Of a stretch of 64,000 nt of DNA, positions 9,998 to 18,218 are shown one piece after another (the stretch's first letter is position 1; each line of letters begins with the position of its first letter). The stretch comes from Candidatus Methanoperedenaceae archaeon GB37 (GTDB taxonomy: Archaea > Halobacteriota > Methanosarcinia > Methanosarcinales > EX4572-44): assembly GCA_905171695.1 (NCBI GenBank), contig LR991653.1:26258-90257 (forward strand), in the 5' to 3' direction. The notes below the pieces were generated by a model. The model was not told where the DNA came from. It was given only the letters and a program-made list of their open reading frames with translations, and did not search any database. The position numbers and the translations under genes were made by a program.

Positions 9998-10084
9998 AGT
10001 AACTAACGCCTCCAGAGTCAGGTAAGCACTCCAACTTTTATAAGAACATCGATCAGAGTTGACAGCCCCATGAATTGGAAATCG

Positions 10085-10091
10085 TTATATA
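10085..10091 (+). promoter_or_regulatory. Candidate TATA box for the radical-SAM/NadA-like/Hdr-like operon
   Basis: The sequence ttatata lies about 25 nt upstream of the ATG at 10116. That spacing would give a leaderless or very short-leader transcript. Confidence 0.3.
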
Positions 10092-10115
10092 CGTTCTAAC
10101 CCCGTGTGATTAATC

Positions 10116-11138
10116 ATGGTAGATCGTGTGAGAGTGAGTGATCTACGTTATCAGGTGACTGGTGCTTGCAACCTCAGGTGTCCTCACTGCTTCTCTGAGT
10201 CAGCCAAGCGAAGAGCTGATGAACTTAATCTGGATGAAGCGAAGCGAATGGTTCTGGACTTTAAGGAGAATGGTTTGAAGCTCTTGACACTCACTGGTGG
10301 AGAGCCTTTGCTTCGCAAGAGGTTCACACTGGAGCTTGTAGAGTTTTTGAGTGAGGAGGGTGTGTACAGCCGTGTATTCACAAACGGGACTTTGATGACA
10401 CGAGAGTATGCGAGGCTCTTGAGGGAGGCTGGGCTTCGTGAGGCACAGGTGAGTATTGATGGTATCGGGCGTACCCATGATGAGTGGCGTGGGATGCCGG
10501 GTTCTTTTGAGCGGGCAGTGAACGCAATAAAGTATCTTAAAGACGTGGGCATTCGAACTGCTATTCGTGTCACCGTGATGCCGTTCAACTATCTTCAGAT
10601 GCCTGAGCTACTTGCACTTGCAGAGGATCTCTCTGTTGATCTTCTCAGAGTGCGCCCTTTCATCAGCGCCGGGAGGGGAAAGGATAACAAGGAGTATATG
10701 CTCACGAAGGAGATGCACGATCATGCTTTTGGATATCTTGCAGAGGCGAGGCATGAAGCAGAGGTGACTGTGGAGCTCCCACCACCGTCCTATGCATTCC
10801 TATATGACAGGCGGGTCGACCCTCTTCAGTTGAAACGGCGTTTGAGGTTTCATGGGTGTTCCTGTGGGAGAGAGCTCTGTGCAGTCACTCCTGATGGCTG
10901 GATAAAGCCATGCGGATACTTCTCAGTGAGGATAGGGAACGTGAGAGAGGACTCCATTCGGGACGTCTGGAGGAGTGATACTTTTCTCTGCAGCCTTCGG
11001 AGACTGGAGCGGCTCGATGAACGGTGCATGAAGTGTGAGTATCTCGGTATCTGCGGTGGTGGCTGTCGCGCCGCTGCGTATGAAAACTTTGGAGATCTGG
11101 AGGCAGCAGATCCCACATGCCCGAAGCTTCGCGGATGA
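10116..11138 (+). CDS. Radical SAM enzyme with a C-terminal SPASM domain (NirJ/AhbC/AhbD-like by sequence pattern)
   Basis: The 340-aa product has the CxxxCxxC motif (GACNLRCPHCFS), TLTGGEPLL, and IDGIGRTHDEWRGMPGSFERAVNAIKYLKDVG. The SPASM cysteines are HGCSCGRELCAV...PCGY...CMKCEYLGICGGGCRAAAY...DPTCP. Confidence 0.85.
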   Translation: MVDRVRVSDLRYQVTGACNLRCPHCFSESAKRRADELNLDEAKRMVLDFKENGLKLLTLTGGEPLLRKRFTLELVEFLSEEGVYSRVFTNGTLMTREYARLLREAGLREAQVSIDGIGRTHDEWRGMPGSFERAVNAIKYLKDVGIRTAIRVTVMPFNYLQMPELLALAEDLSVDLLRVRPFISAGRGKDNKEYMLTKEMHDHAFGYLAEARHEAEVTVELPPPSYAFLYDRRVDPLQLKRRLRFHGCSCGRELCAVTPDGWIKPCGYFSVRIGNVREDSIRDVWRSDTFLCSLRRLERLDERCMKCEYLGICGGGCRAAAYENFGDLEAADPTCPKLRG

Positions 11139-11995
11139 CCTGCCCAGGGCATTGCCGGGAGGTGGGTGTAAGGTCGGTTGGCTTCCCTCTGGAAGAGGCA
11201 GAGATACGGGAGCGCTTGCTCGGGTCGACCTGTTATTCTGGCACGCGATTTATCGTACTCTGCAATTCAAAGGATACTGCAGTGGTTGAGGTTGAAAAGA
11301 CTAGCACAGGTAAAATTTTTGAGAGAATCACCGCTCTAAGAGTCGTCTCTCTTCCAGAAGAGACTGTCTTTGTGGAAGAGAGGAGTGTTGATGTGATGAA
11401 CCCGAGTGCAATGCTTCAAAGGGCAGGAGAGTACGAGGAGGAGGTGGTGGTTGTGAAGGGAATGTTTGGGCATGTCTCATTCATACGTGGAAGGGAGGGG
11501 GTGCGGCTCCACGTCTTTGATATCGTGCCACCGATTCCAGCGAAGCTCCTCACCATGGTTGAGAGAGCACTTGAGATGCAGGATGCAACGAGCACTCCAG
11601 TTGAGGTGGTGCCTGAGATAACCGACCTCCTGGTTCTTGCGAGAGATGCTCCAACAGAAAATGTTATCTTCCCCTGCAGCGCATCAGAGATCAGATCGAG
11701 CGCAATCCCAGAGAAGGAGATCTTCTTCCTTGACAGGCTTCAGGCTCTGCCTGAAGATCCAACGCTCATCGGGTGCAACAGATCTCTCCAGATTTTTAAG
11801 GAGATGTTCGATTGCACACCAGCGTTTATTCAGATATGCCCCCGTGAGAAGAGGAGTGAAGACCTCTTCATAACGAAGTGTTGTGAACTCAAAGAAGGAT
11901 TTGAGATTGTTGACCGTGGCGTGGTTCTCCCGTGGGGTGCAGAGCTTCGAAGCGTTCTCTCTGCTCTTGATACGTTACTTGGAGGCAGCCCATGA
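11135..11995 (+). CDS. Orphan protein of unknown function, translationally coupled on both sides
   Basis: This is ORF 11117..11995. The ATG at 11135 overlaps the radical-SAM stop (ATGA), and its own stop overlaps the next start (ATGA at 11992-11995). I recognised no family. Cys-containing strings are present: LIGCNRS, FDCTP, QICP, TKCC. Confidence 0.6.
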   Translation: MTCPGHCREVGVRSVGFPLEEAEIRERLLGSTCYSGTRFIVLCNSKDTAVVEVEKTSTGKIFERITALRVVSLPEETVFVEERSVDVMNPSAMLQRAGEYEEEVVVVKGMFGHVSFIRGREGVRLHVFDIVPPIPAKLLTMVERALEMQDATSTPVEVVPEITDLLVLARDAPTENVIFPCSASEIRSSAIPEKEIFFLDRLQALPEDPTLIGCNRSLQIFKEMFDCTPAFIQICPREKRSEDLFITKCCELKEGFEIVDRGVVLPWGAELRSVLSALDTLLGGSP

Positions 11996-13062
11996 AGTTG
12001 ATCACAATCTCCCATAACTATCAGACTGGAGCTGTTCAGAGAATAAGCGACGTGGTGCTTGGCACAAGCGGCATAGTCAGGAATGCAGAGAGGTATAGTG
12101 GGAAGAGCGTCCTCTTCTGTGGAGTGCTATATATGGCAGAGGATCTCTACGCAATGGCTGACGATCTACACGTCTTCATACCAGAGATAACCCTGAGAGA
12201 CGGGAAGGTCTTAAGACCACGCTGTCCGATGATCGCCTATCAGGGAAGAAGTGGTATAATCACGATGGAGGATGTAAGGAGGGCGCGAGAGCTCAGACCC
12301 GATATCATCCTATCATATATCAACACCCCGCTATCTGTCAAAGGCGAGACAGATGGCGTCTACAACGGAACCTCGGCACTTGAATCGATAGAGAGGATTG
12401 CAAGAGTGGATGAGCGTGGCAGCGCTGTTCTTATTGGGGATGTCAACGTCAACGCGTGGATCGCTGAGAAGATCTCTCAAAAGCATCCTGAGTTCACGAT
12501 CATATCGATGCCATCCGATGGCGTCTTCTGTCCACCTCATATCGATATCGATCCAGAGAAGTTCATAGAGAGATGGGAGGAACTCGTGAAGGTGCATGGC
12601 GAGGAGAATGTTGGACTGGAGATGCATCCTGAGGTGAGCCCTCTCCTGCAGAGATTTGGGTTTGAGAAGAACGCGTACTTTGGCGGGACAGATGGACTCG
12701 TTAGAGAGCCTCTCGGCTCAGATAAGCGGGTGTGGCTCATCGGAACGGTGGAGGGAATCGTTGAGAGGATCAGGACTCTCACCGATCAAAAGGAGCTCCA
12801 CTCTCCAGGGGTGATCTGCCCCCCGATGGCATACACAACACCTGGCAAGGTGGAGCGTGCAAGAGAGATCCTGCGAGAGGGAGGACCTGCAGCAACCATC
12901 CACTATCAGAGCCCAGAAGAGCCATATTATAGCGTGGAGATCCATAGAGAAGAGCTCATCACCAATGGACGGGATGGGGGCATGAGGATACCTGCAGTGG
13001 AGCTCACCATCGATGATGAGATAAAAGAGAAGGGAAGAAGGGCGCTCTCAGTATTACTGTAG
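11992..13062 (+). CDS. Quinolinate synthase (NadA)-family paralog, about 50 aa longer than typical NadA
   Basis: The 356-aa product aligns block by block with my recollection of archaeal NadA: ITISHNYQ (AHNYQ), SVLFCGVLYMAED (VxFAGVxFMAET), RCPMIA (CAMA), LSYINTP (YVNST), VFCPPH (GHCYVH), MHPEV (HPEC), GGTDG (STGG), ICPPMAY (FCIGMK). All three putative cluster cysteines are present. Confidence 0.65.
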   Translation: MKLITISHNYQTGAVQRISDVVLGTSGIVRNAERYSGKSVLFCGVLYMAEDLYAMADDLHVFIPEITLRDGKVLRPRCPMIAYQGRSGIITMEDVRRARELRPDIILSYINTPLSVKGETDGVYNGTSALESIERIARVDERGSAVLIGDVNVNAWIAEKISQKHPEFTIISMPSDGVFCPPHIDIDPEKFIERWEELVKVHGEENVGLEMHPEVSPLLQRFGFEKNAYFGGTDGLVREPLGSDKRVWLIGTVEGIVERIRTLTDQKELHSPGVICPPMAYTTPGKVERAREILREGGPAATIHYQSPEEPYYSVEIHREELITNGRDGGMRIPAVELTIDDEIKEKGRRALSVLL

Positions 13063-13085
13063 AGGTTACTGTAGAGTATTCACGG

Positions 13086-13595
13086 GTGTTCTCCAAGATG
13101 CGAAGAATGGCGATCGGGCAGGAGCCGCTTGAGGGGGTGTTTGAAGATCCTAGGATGGAGGGGATCGGTCTTCGCAGGTGTTTGCAGTGTGGAAGATGCA
13201 CGGGCTCCTGCCCTGCAAGATCTGTCTTTCGAGAGTTCTCTCCCAGAATGATCGTACTGGAGATCCTGGAGGGACGCGTGAGCGATCTTCTCAGAGGGGA
13301 TCTGATATGGCTCTGTGGGCAGTGCTACACCTGTCACCTCAGGTGTCCCAGGGGAAACAGCCCTGCAACGGTCATACTTGTCTTGAGAGAGCTTGCATTG
13401 ATGCGGGGTTATGCAAGGGATAAGGTGAGGGGGATTGCGGAGAGGTGCGGGCGCTCGATCTGGGAGAGAGGGGTCAACTTCCACGAAGAGGGATCAAGAG
13501 AGCTTCCAGATAGAGCCGTGGCTGACCTAAAAGAGGCTCTCAAAAGGGGCGGGTATGATTCCTTCCTGAAGCGTCTTGGGGTCGATCTATCGTGA
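13086..13595 (+). CDS. HdrC-like 2x[4Fe-4S] ferredoxin-type subunit
   Basis: The product contains CLQCGRCTGSCP and CGQCYTCHLRCP motifs in an HdrC-like arrangement. The start could be the GTG at 13086 or the ATG at 13098. The stop overlaps the next start (GTGA). Confidence 0.75.
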   Translation: MFSKMRRMAIGQEPLEGVFEDPRMEGIGLRRCLQCGRCTGSCPARSVFREFSPRMIVLEILEGRVSDLLRGDLIWLCGQCYTCHLRCPRGNSPATVILVLRELALMRGYARDKVRGIAERCGRSIWERGVNFHEEGSRELPDRAVADLKEALKRGGYDSFLKRLGVDLS

Positions 13596-14425
13596 GTCGG
13601 GAGCGCTATTACCTCTTCAAGAGCTGTATTCTTGGAGCGTACTATCCAAGGGTTGAGGACTCTCTGAGAATCGTCTTTGATAGGCTTGGGGTCAGGTACT
13701 TTGACGACTCCAACCAGTCGAGCTGCACCGGGCATGGGTACCACTCAGGGATCTACCCCTTGAGGAGCACGCTCGAGGTCAATCGGCGAAACTTCTCTCT
13801 TGCGAGAACCGCTGGTTGTGATGAGATCGTGACATCATGTGTAACGAGTTATGCAACACTGAAAGAGATGAAAAAATTTTTGAAAGACACGGTCGATATC
13901 TATCACGGCTCAGAGGTGATACATGAGAATCGGGATCGGCTCAGTGAGATGCTGAAGTACAGCCTTGAGGGGATACGGCTTGTGACACATCATGGATGCC
14001 ACTACACGAAGATATTCTACGAGGACGTGAGAGTAGGGGGTCCTGAGGATCCGATGCTTCTCGACGAGATCGCTGTCTCACTCGGAGCCGAGGTTGTAGA
14101 GTATGAAGAGAAGGGGCTCTGCTGCGGGATGGGTTTCAGGCACCTTCTTCTTGATCAAGAATACTGCAGAGATATTGCGCTGAAAAAGCTCACGAGCATC
14201 AAGAAGGTCGAGCCAGATCTCATACTCGTTCACTGCCCGGGCTGTCTTCTCACACTCGATCGCTTCCAGCCAATCCTCGAAGAGGAGACTGGCGTTGAGC
14301 TGAGGATCCCTGTTATCCACTATGCAGAGCTTACAGCACTCCTTCTTGGGGCAAACCCAGATGAGATCGGGGCAGCAGCACATCAGACCAGGATCGATAG
14401 AGTCATCGAGAGGATTAGAGGGTGA
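13592..14425 (+). CDS. HdrB-like protein with two CCG-type cysteine-rich domains, the first degenerate
   Basis: The 277-aa product has an N-terminal half FKSC...SSCTGHG...GCDEIVTSCVTSY (SC where CC is expected). The C-terminal half, GCHY...GLCCGMG...VHCPGC, is a canonical CCG pattern. Confidence 0.75.
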   Translation: MSRERYYLFKSCILGAYYPRVEDSLRIVFDRLGVRYFDDSNQSSCTGHGYHSGIYPLRSTLEVNRRNFSLARTAGCDEIVTSCVTSYATLKEMKKFLKDTVDIYHGSEVIHENRDRLSEMLKYSLEGIRLVTHHGCHYTKIFYEDVRVGGPEDPMLLDEIAVSLGAEVVEYEEKGLCCGMGFRHLLLDQEYCRDIALKKLTSIKKVEPDLILVHCPGCLLTLDRFQPILEEETGVELRIPVIHYAELTALLLGANPDEIGAAAHQTRIDRVIERIRG

Positions 14426-16479
14426 GTATTGGGGTATTTCTCTGCGAGTGCGGTGGAAACATCGCCGATGTGATCGATCTTGGAGAGGTTAAGAGGATCT
14501 TCGAGTCTGAAGGACTCTCTGTCATGACCGATGAGCATCTATGTTCCGATCAAGGATACAGGCTTATCGAAGAGTGTATCAGAGAAGAGGGTCTTGATAG
14601 GGTGGTTATTGGAGCGTGCTCGCCGATGATACATGGGAGGAGGTTTCAGGATCTTTTAGCTTCTGCAGTGAACCCAAATCTACTCCAGATCGCAAATATC
14701 AGGGAGCAGTGCGCATGGGTCCATGGCTCGGATGAGGCGCTCTATAAAGCGGTCTCACTCATCAGCGGTAAGGTGGAACGGGTGAATAGATCGCTACCGC
14801 GCACGCACCAAGGGATCGAGCCATACCGGGAGGTGGCTGTGATAGGCGGTGGGATCTCAGGGATGACCGCCTCACTATCCCTTGCAAGACACGGGGTGAA
14901 GGTGCATCTCCTTGAAGAGAAGAGCACGATCGGCGGGCATATGGTCCAGATCGGTAAGGTCTTCTCACCAGAGAGGATCGCTGTTGAATGTGCACTATGC
15001 TCGCTTGCACCGATCATGAGCGAGATCTACAATCACCGATCGATCGAACTCTACGATCTCTCAAGGCTCAAAAGGGTCAGAGGATCGAAGGGACAGTTCG
15101 AACTCGAGATCGAGCGATCACCGAGATACGTGACCGATGAGTGCATCGCCTGTGGAAGATGCACAGCCTCCTGCCCTGTTAATGTACCTGACGAATGCAA
15201 CATCGGCATGAAACTGAGGCGAGCAATATACATCCCGTTTCCACAGGCGATCCCACCAACAGCCAGAGTAGATATCGAGTCGTGCACGAGGTGCGAGAAG
15301 TGTCTTGACGTCTGCGAGATAGGCGCAATCGACCTTAACATGGAGAGAAAAATAATTGAGTTGAGGGTCGGTGCGATCATCGTTGCGACAGGCTTCAAGC
15401 GATTCGAGACCAAACGGGTTAAAGAGTACGGACACGGGCGGTTCCTCGACGTCTTGGACCAGATGGAACTTGCACGAATCCTCGCTGTGAACGGTCCAAC
15501 CGAAGGAAGACTCCTGAGACCGTCCGACAGGAGACCTCCACGGAGGCTCGTTATGATACAGTGCGTCGGATCGAGGGACGAGAAGTTCGGGAGGAGATAC
15601 TGCTCAAAGATATGCTGTATGATCGCGCTGAAGCATGCATGCTTCATAAGAGAGCACTTCCCAGAGACAGAGGTTCTGATCTCCTATACCGATATGCGAA
15701 CACCAGGCTTCTTCGAAGAGTACTACCGCAATGCGCAGGATCTCGGTGTTCGATTCATCCGCGGCAGAGCCTCAGAGATCGTTGAAGAGGACGGCGTCCT
15801 GCTCGTCAGGATGGAAGACACCCTATCAGGCGAACAGATCGAGATCGAGTCCGATATGGTCGTCTTATCTGGTGGAATCGAGGCATCGGAGGGCACGACC
15901 GAGGTTGCAGAGATCCTGGGACTAGGCCAGAGAGAAGGCGGCTTCATAAAGGGAGAACACCCCAAGTTAAGACCCGTTGAGACCGAGAGAGAAGGCATTT
16001 ACATCTGCGGATGCGCAAAAGATCCAAAAGACATCACAGATAGCGTGATCGAAGCAAACGCCGCAGCTGCAAGGGCATTTGAATTTCTAAGAGGTGAGAT
16101 CAAAGCCGAGACCAACGATCTCAGTTGCGAAGAGCTCATCGGAGAGATCGATGGGATCATGCGATGGAAGAGAGAGACCGAAGACCTGGTACTGGTATTC
16201 CTCGACGAGCAGGTTGGATACAGGTGTGCCGATAACATCGGAGCGAAACGACTCGAGTACCCGGCAGGGATACGGATCATCATGGTGCCCACGATCCAGA
16301 GAGTGAGAGAAGAGCATCTCAGACACGCACTCAAGAGAGGTGCAAAACTGGTTCTACTCGGACTGCACAACGAGGCCAATGTTGAGATACCAGAAGACCT
16401 TAGAGAGAGGGTTCTCACATACCCGGTCTACACACCCTACTTCAAACGACTGAGAGACATGTTCAAGAGGATAGGATAG
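14422..16479 (+). CDS. HdrA-like FAD/Fe-S flavoprotein with a cysteine-less MvhD-like C-terminal domain
   Basis: The 685-aa product has GVFLCECGGNIADV...GACSP...EQCAWVH (HdrA N-domain), VAVIGGGISGMTASLSLARHG (FAD binding) and CIACGRCTASCP/CTRCEKCLDVCE (inserted ferredoxin), plus QCVGSRD...YCSKICC and GIYICGCAKDPKDITDSV. The tail LVLVFLDEQVGYRCADNIGAKRLEYPAGIRIIMVPTIQR...GAKLVLLGLH resembles MvhD but has the Cys positions substituted. Confidence 0.8.
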   Translation: MSIGVFLCECGGNIADVIDLGEVKRIFESEGLSVMTDEHLCSDQGYRLIEECIREEGLDRVVIGACSPMIHGRRFQDLLASAVNPNLLQIANIREQCAWVHGSDEALYKAVSLISGKVERVNRSLPRTHQGIEPYREVAVIGGGISGMTASLSLARHGVKVHLLEEKSTIGGHMVQIGKVFSPERIAVECALCSLAPIMSEIYNHRSIELYDLSRLKRVRGSKGQFELEIERSPRYVTDECIACGRCTASCPVNVPDECNIGMKLRRAIYIPFPQAIPPTARVDIESCTRCEKCLDVCEIGAIDLNMERKIIELRVGAIIVATGFKRFETKRVKEYGHGRFLDVLDQMELARILAVNGPTEGRLLRPSDRRPPRRLVMIQCVGSRDEKFGRRYCSKICCMIALKHACFIREHFPETEVLISYTDMRTPGFFEEYYRNAQDLGVRFIRGRASEIVEEDGVLLVRMEDTLSGEQIEIESDMVVLSGGIEASEGTTEVAEILGLGQREGGFIKGEHPKLRPVETEREGIYICGCAKDPKDITDSVIEANAAAARAFEFLRGEIKAETNDLSCEELIGEIDGIMRWKRETEDLVLVFLDEQVGYRCADNIGAKRLEYPAGIRIIMVPTIQRVREEHLRHALKRGAKLVLLGLHNEANVEIPEDLRERVLTYPVYTPYFKRLRDMFKRIG

Positions 16480-16483
16480 CATC

Positions 16484-17539
16484 TCAATCTCCCCCACCCT
16501 TCTTTATTTCGTGCCTCTTGTATATGTGTATGATGTCGCTCAGGATTGCGCTGGCCGTCTCGATCGACCCAGCACCTGCGCCGCTCACCGTGATCGTCTT
16601 TGAGAGATCGGTGTGGATCGTCGCGATGTTGAGCGTTCCTCTTATCGCTAAAGGGTGTCTCTTCGATACGAGCTTTGGTGCCACTACCAGCCGATCCCTC
16701 GTCGCCTCACCGATCAGACGTATCGTGTAACCGTTCTTCTCTGCAAGCTCCAGTGCTTCGGGTGTTATCTCTGTTATCCCGGTGATCTTAACATCATCGA
16801 AGGTGGCATCGTTCTCATAGGCGGTGTTTGCAAGGATCACGAGCTTTGACGCGGAATCGATTCCCATCACGTCATAACTCGGATCTGCCTCAGCAATCCC
16901 GAGTTCCTGTGCTTCGAGGAGTGCGTGTTGATAGTCAAGCCTCTCATCAGCCATCCGTGTCAGGATGTAATTACAGGTTCCGTTAAGAACTCCTTCGATC
17001 CGTTCTATCGTGTTGCCCGCGAGATTCTCCTGGATGAGGTTGATGATCGGCATAGCACCACCCACCGTAGCCTCATAGCGCAGCATAAGATCGTTCTTCC
17101 GTGCCGTCTCTATCAGCGTTGCATGGTTGTGTATGAACGGTCCCTTGTTCGAGGTTACAACGTGCTTCCCTGACGCAAGCGCTCTCAGTATATGGGTGAG
17201 GGCGGGCTCGCCACTCCTGATATCTGTCGGTGTGGCTTCAACCATGAGATCATGTTCAACGCTCTCAAGCACCTCACGAGCACCATCACCAGTATCTATC
17301 TCCTCTCCAACCCGCCCACTCACCTCTTTAGCCTGAAGCGCCTTCTCAAGGTCGATACCCTCGCTACCTTTGAGAAGAGAGACGGAATCGGCAATAGCGA
17401 CCACCCTGATATCGATGCCCATCCTCTGAAGGGTTTCACGTTTAGAGAGAAGCACCTTTGCAAGACCCTGCCCAACCGCACCAAAACCGATGATCGAGAT
17501 CCTGAAAGACAGACCACTCAACTCCTCTATTTCATTCAC
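16484..17539 (-). CDS. hom: Homoserine dehydrogenase
   Basis: The 351-aa product shows ISIIGFGAVGQG (NAD binding) and ...GVLNGTCNYILTRM.... Confidence 0.9.
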   Translation of the reverse strand: MNEIEELSGLSFRISIIGFGAVGQGLAKVLLSKRETLQRMGIDIRVVAIADSVSLLKGSEGIDLEKALQAKEVSGRVGEEIDTGDGAREVLESVEHDLMVEATPTDIRSGEPALTHILRALASGKHVVTSNKGPFIHNHATLIETARKNDLMLRYEATVGGAMPIINLIQENLAGNTIERIEGVLNGTCNYILTRMADERLDYQHALLEAQELGIAEADPSYDVMGIDSASKLVILANTAYENDATFDDVKITGITEITPEALELAEKNGYTIRLIGEATRDRLVVAPKLVSKRHPLAIRGTLNIATIHTDLSKTITVSGAGAGSIETASAILSDIIHIYKRHEIKKGGGD

Positions 17540-18048
17540 ATCCAGATCGCATCGTCCTTGATCGGCTCGATCACGAGCAACCCCTTATCCTCGGCAGTCG
17601 CTCGAAGAACGTTGAGAGCTAGCGCCAAGCTATCCTCACTATCCGCAGCGATCACCATGAAAGCAGATGAGACCCTCTTAACATCAGGCATGCTCAGGGT
17701 CAGGTCCACGATCTCGGAATGACCTGTGGAATCGACAGCATCGATCGTTTCACTGATGTCGGTGTGGACGATATGCCCAATAAGCATCACAAATGTCTGC
17801 TCATGCAATCGTCTTTCATCCACACGGGCAACGATCACGCCATTTGCCTTAATACGCCTGATAATCTCCATCAAACCTTCCTTGGCAACTTCAAATACGA
17901 CATGGATCGGAACAGTGCCACGTGGCGTGCGTTTATCATGACAGTGCACCACGCTTTGAATATTGCCTCCCATCTCTGAGATCGGCTGGAGCGCAAGTAA
18001 CAACTGTCCAGGCGTATCCTTCAACTCAATATCCATCGAAACCCTCAT
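17536..18048 (-). CDS. ACT-domain regulatory protein (COG2150-like), co-transcribed with hom
   Basis: The 170-aa product (IELKDTPGQLLLALQPISEMGGNIQSVVH) overlaps the hom start by 4 nt. Confidence 0.7.
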   Translation of the reverse strand: MRVSMDIELKDTPGQLLLALQPISEMGGNIQSVVHCHDKRTPRGTVPIHVVFEVAKEGLMEIIRRIKANGVIVARVDERRLHEQTFVMLIGHIVHTDISETIDAVDSTGHSEIVDLTLSMPDVKRVSSAFMVIAADSEDSLALALNVLRATAEDKGLLVIEPIKDDAIWM

Positions 18049-18218
18049 AGATTATCCTCTCTCAAATACAACGACCTGACTTATGGAACGCAAGGATGCT
18101 AATAATTCTTTTCCATCCGTCTCCTGTCGACTTGTACCACTAAAGTTATTTACGTTGTGATGTACTCTTCATGACTATGGAGAAGGCAGTTACAGTGATA
18201 TTGGTGCGTGAGTAGAGT

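Noticed and set aside
15051-15647. A 198-aa minus-strand ORF inside hdrA-like. Comparable antisense ORFs are 34879..35454 (in lig), 22697..23275 (in fsr), 48605..49279 (in aroB'), 42635..43126 and 43481..43858 (in uvrA), and 61481..61951 (opposite the cupin).
   Set aside because: All overlap confidently assigned genes on the other strand or in another frame. Their composition is biased and they show no motifs.
14422-16479. A selenocysteine (in-frame TGA) in the HdrA-like protein, as occurs in some methanogens.
   Set aside because: The ORF is uninterrupted, and the relevant position is encoded as Cys (GACSP).
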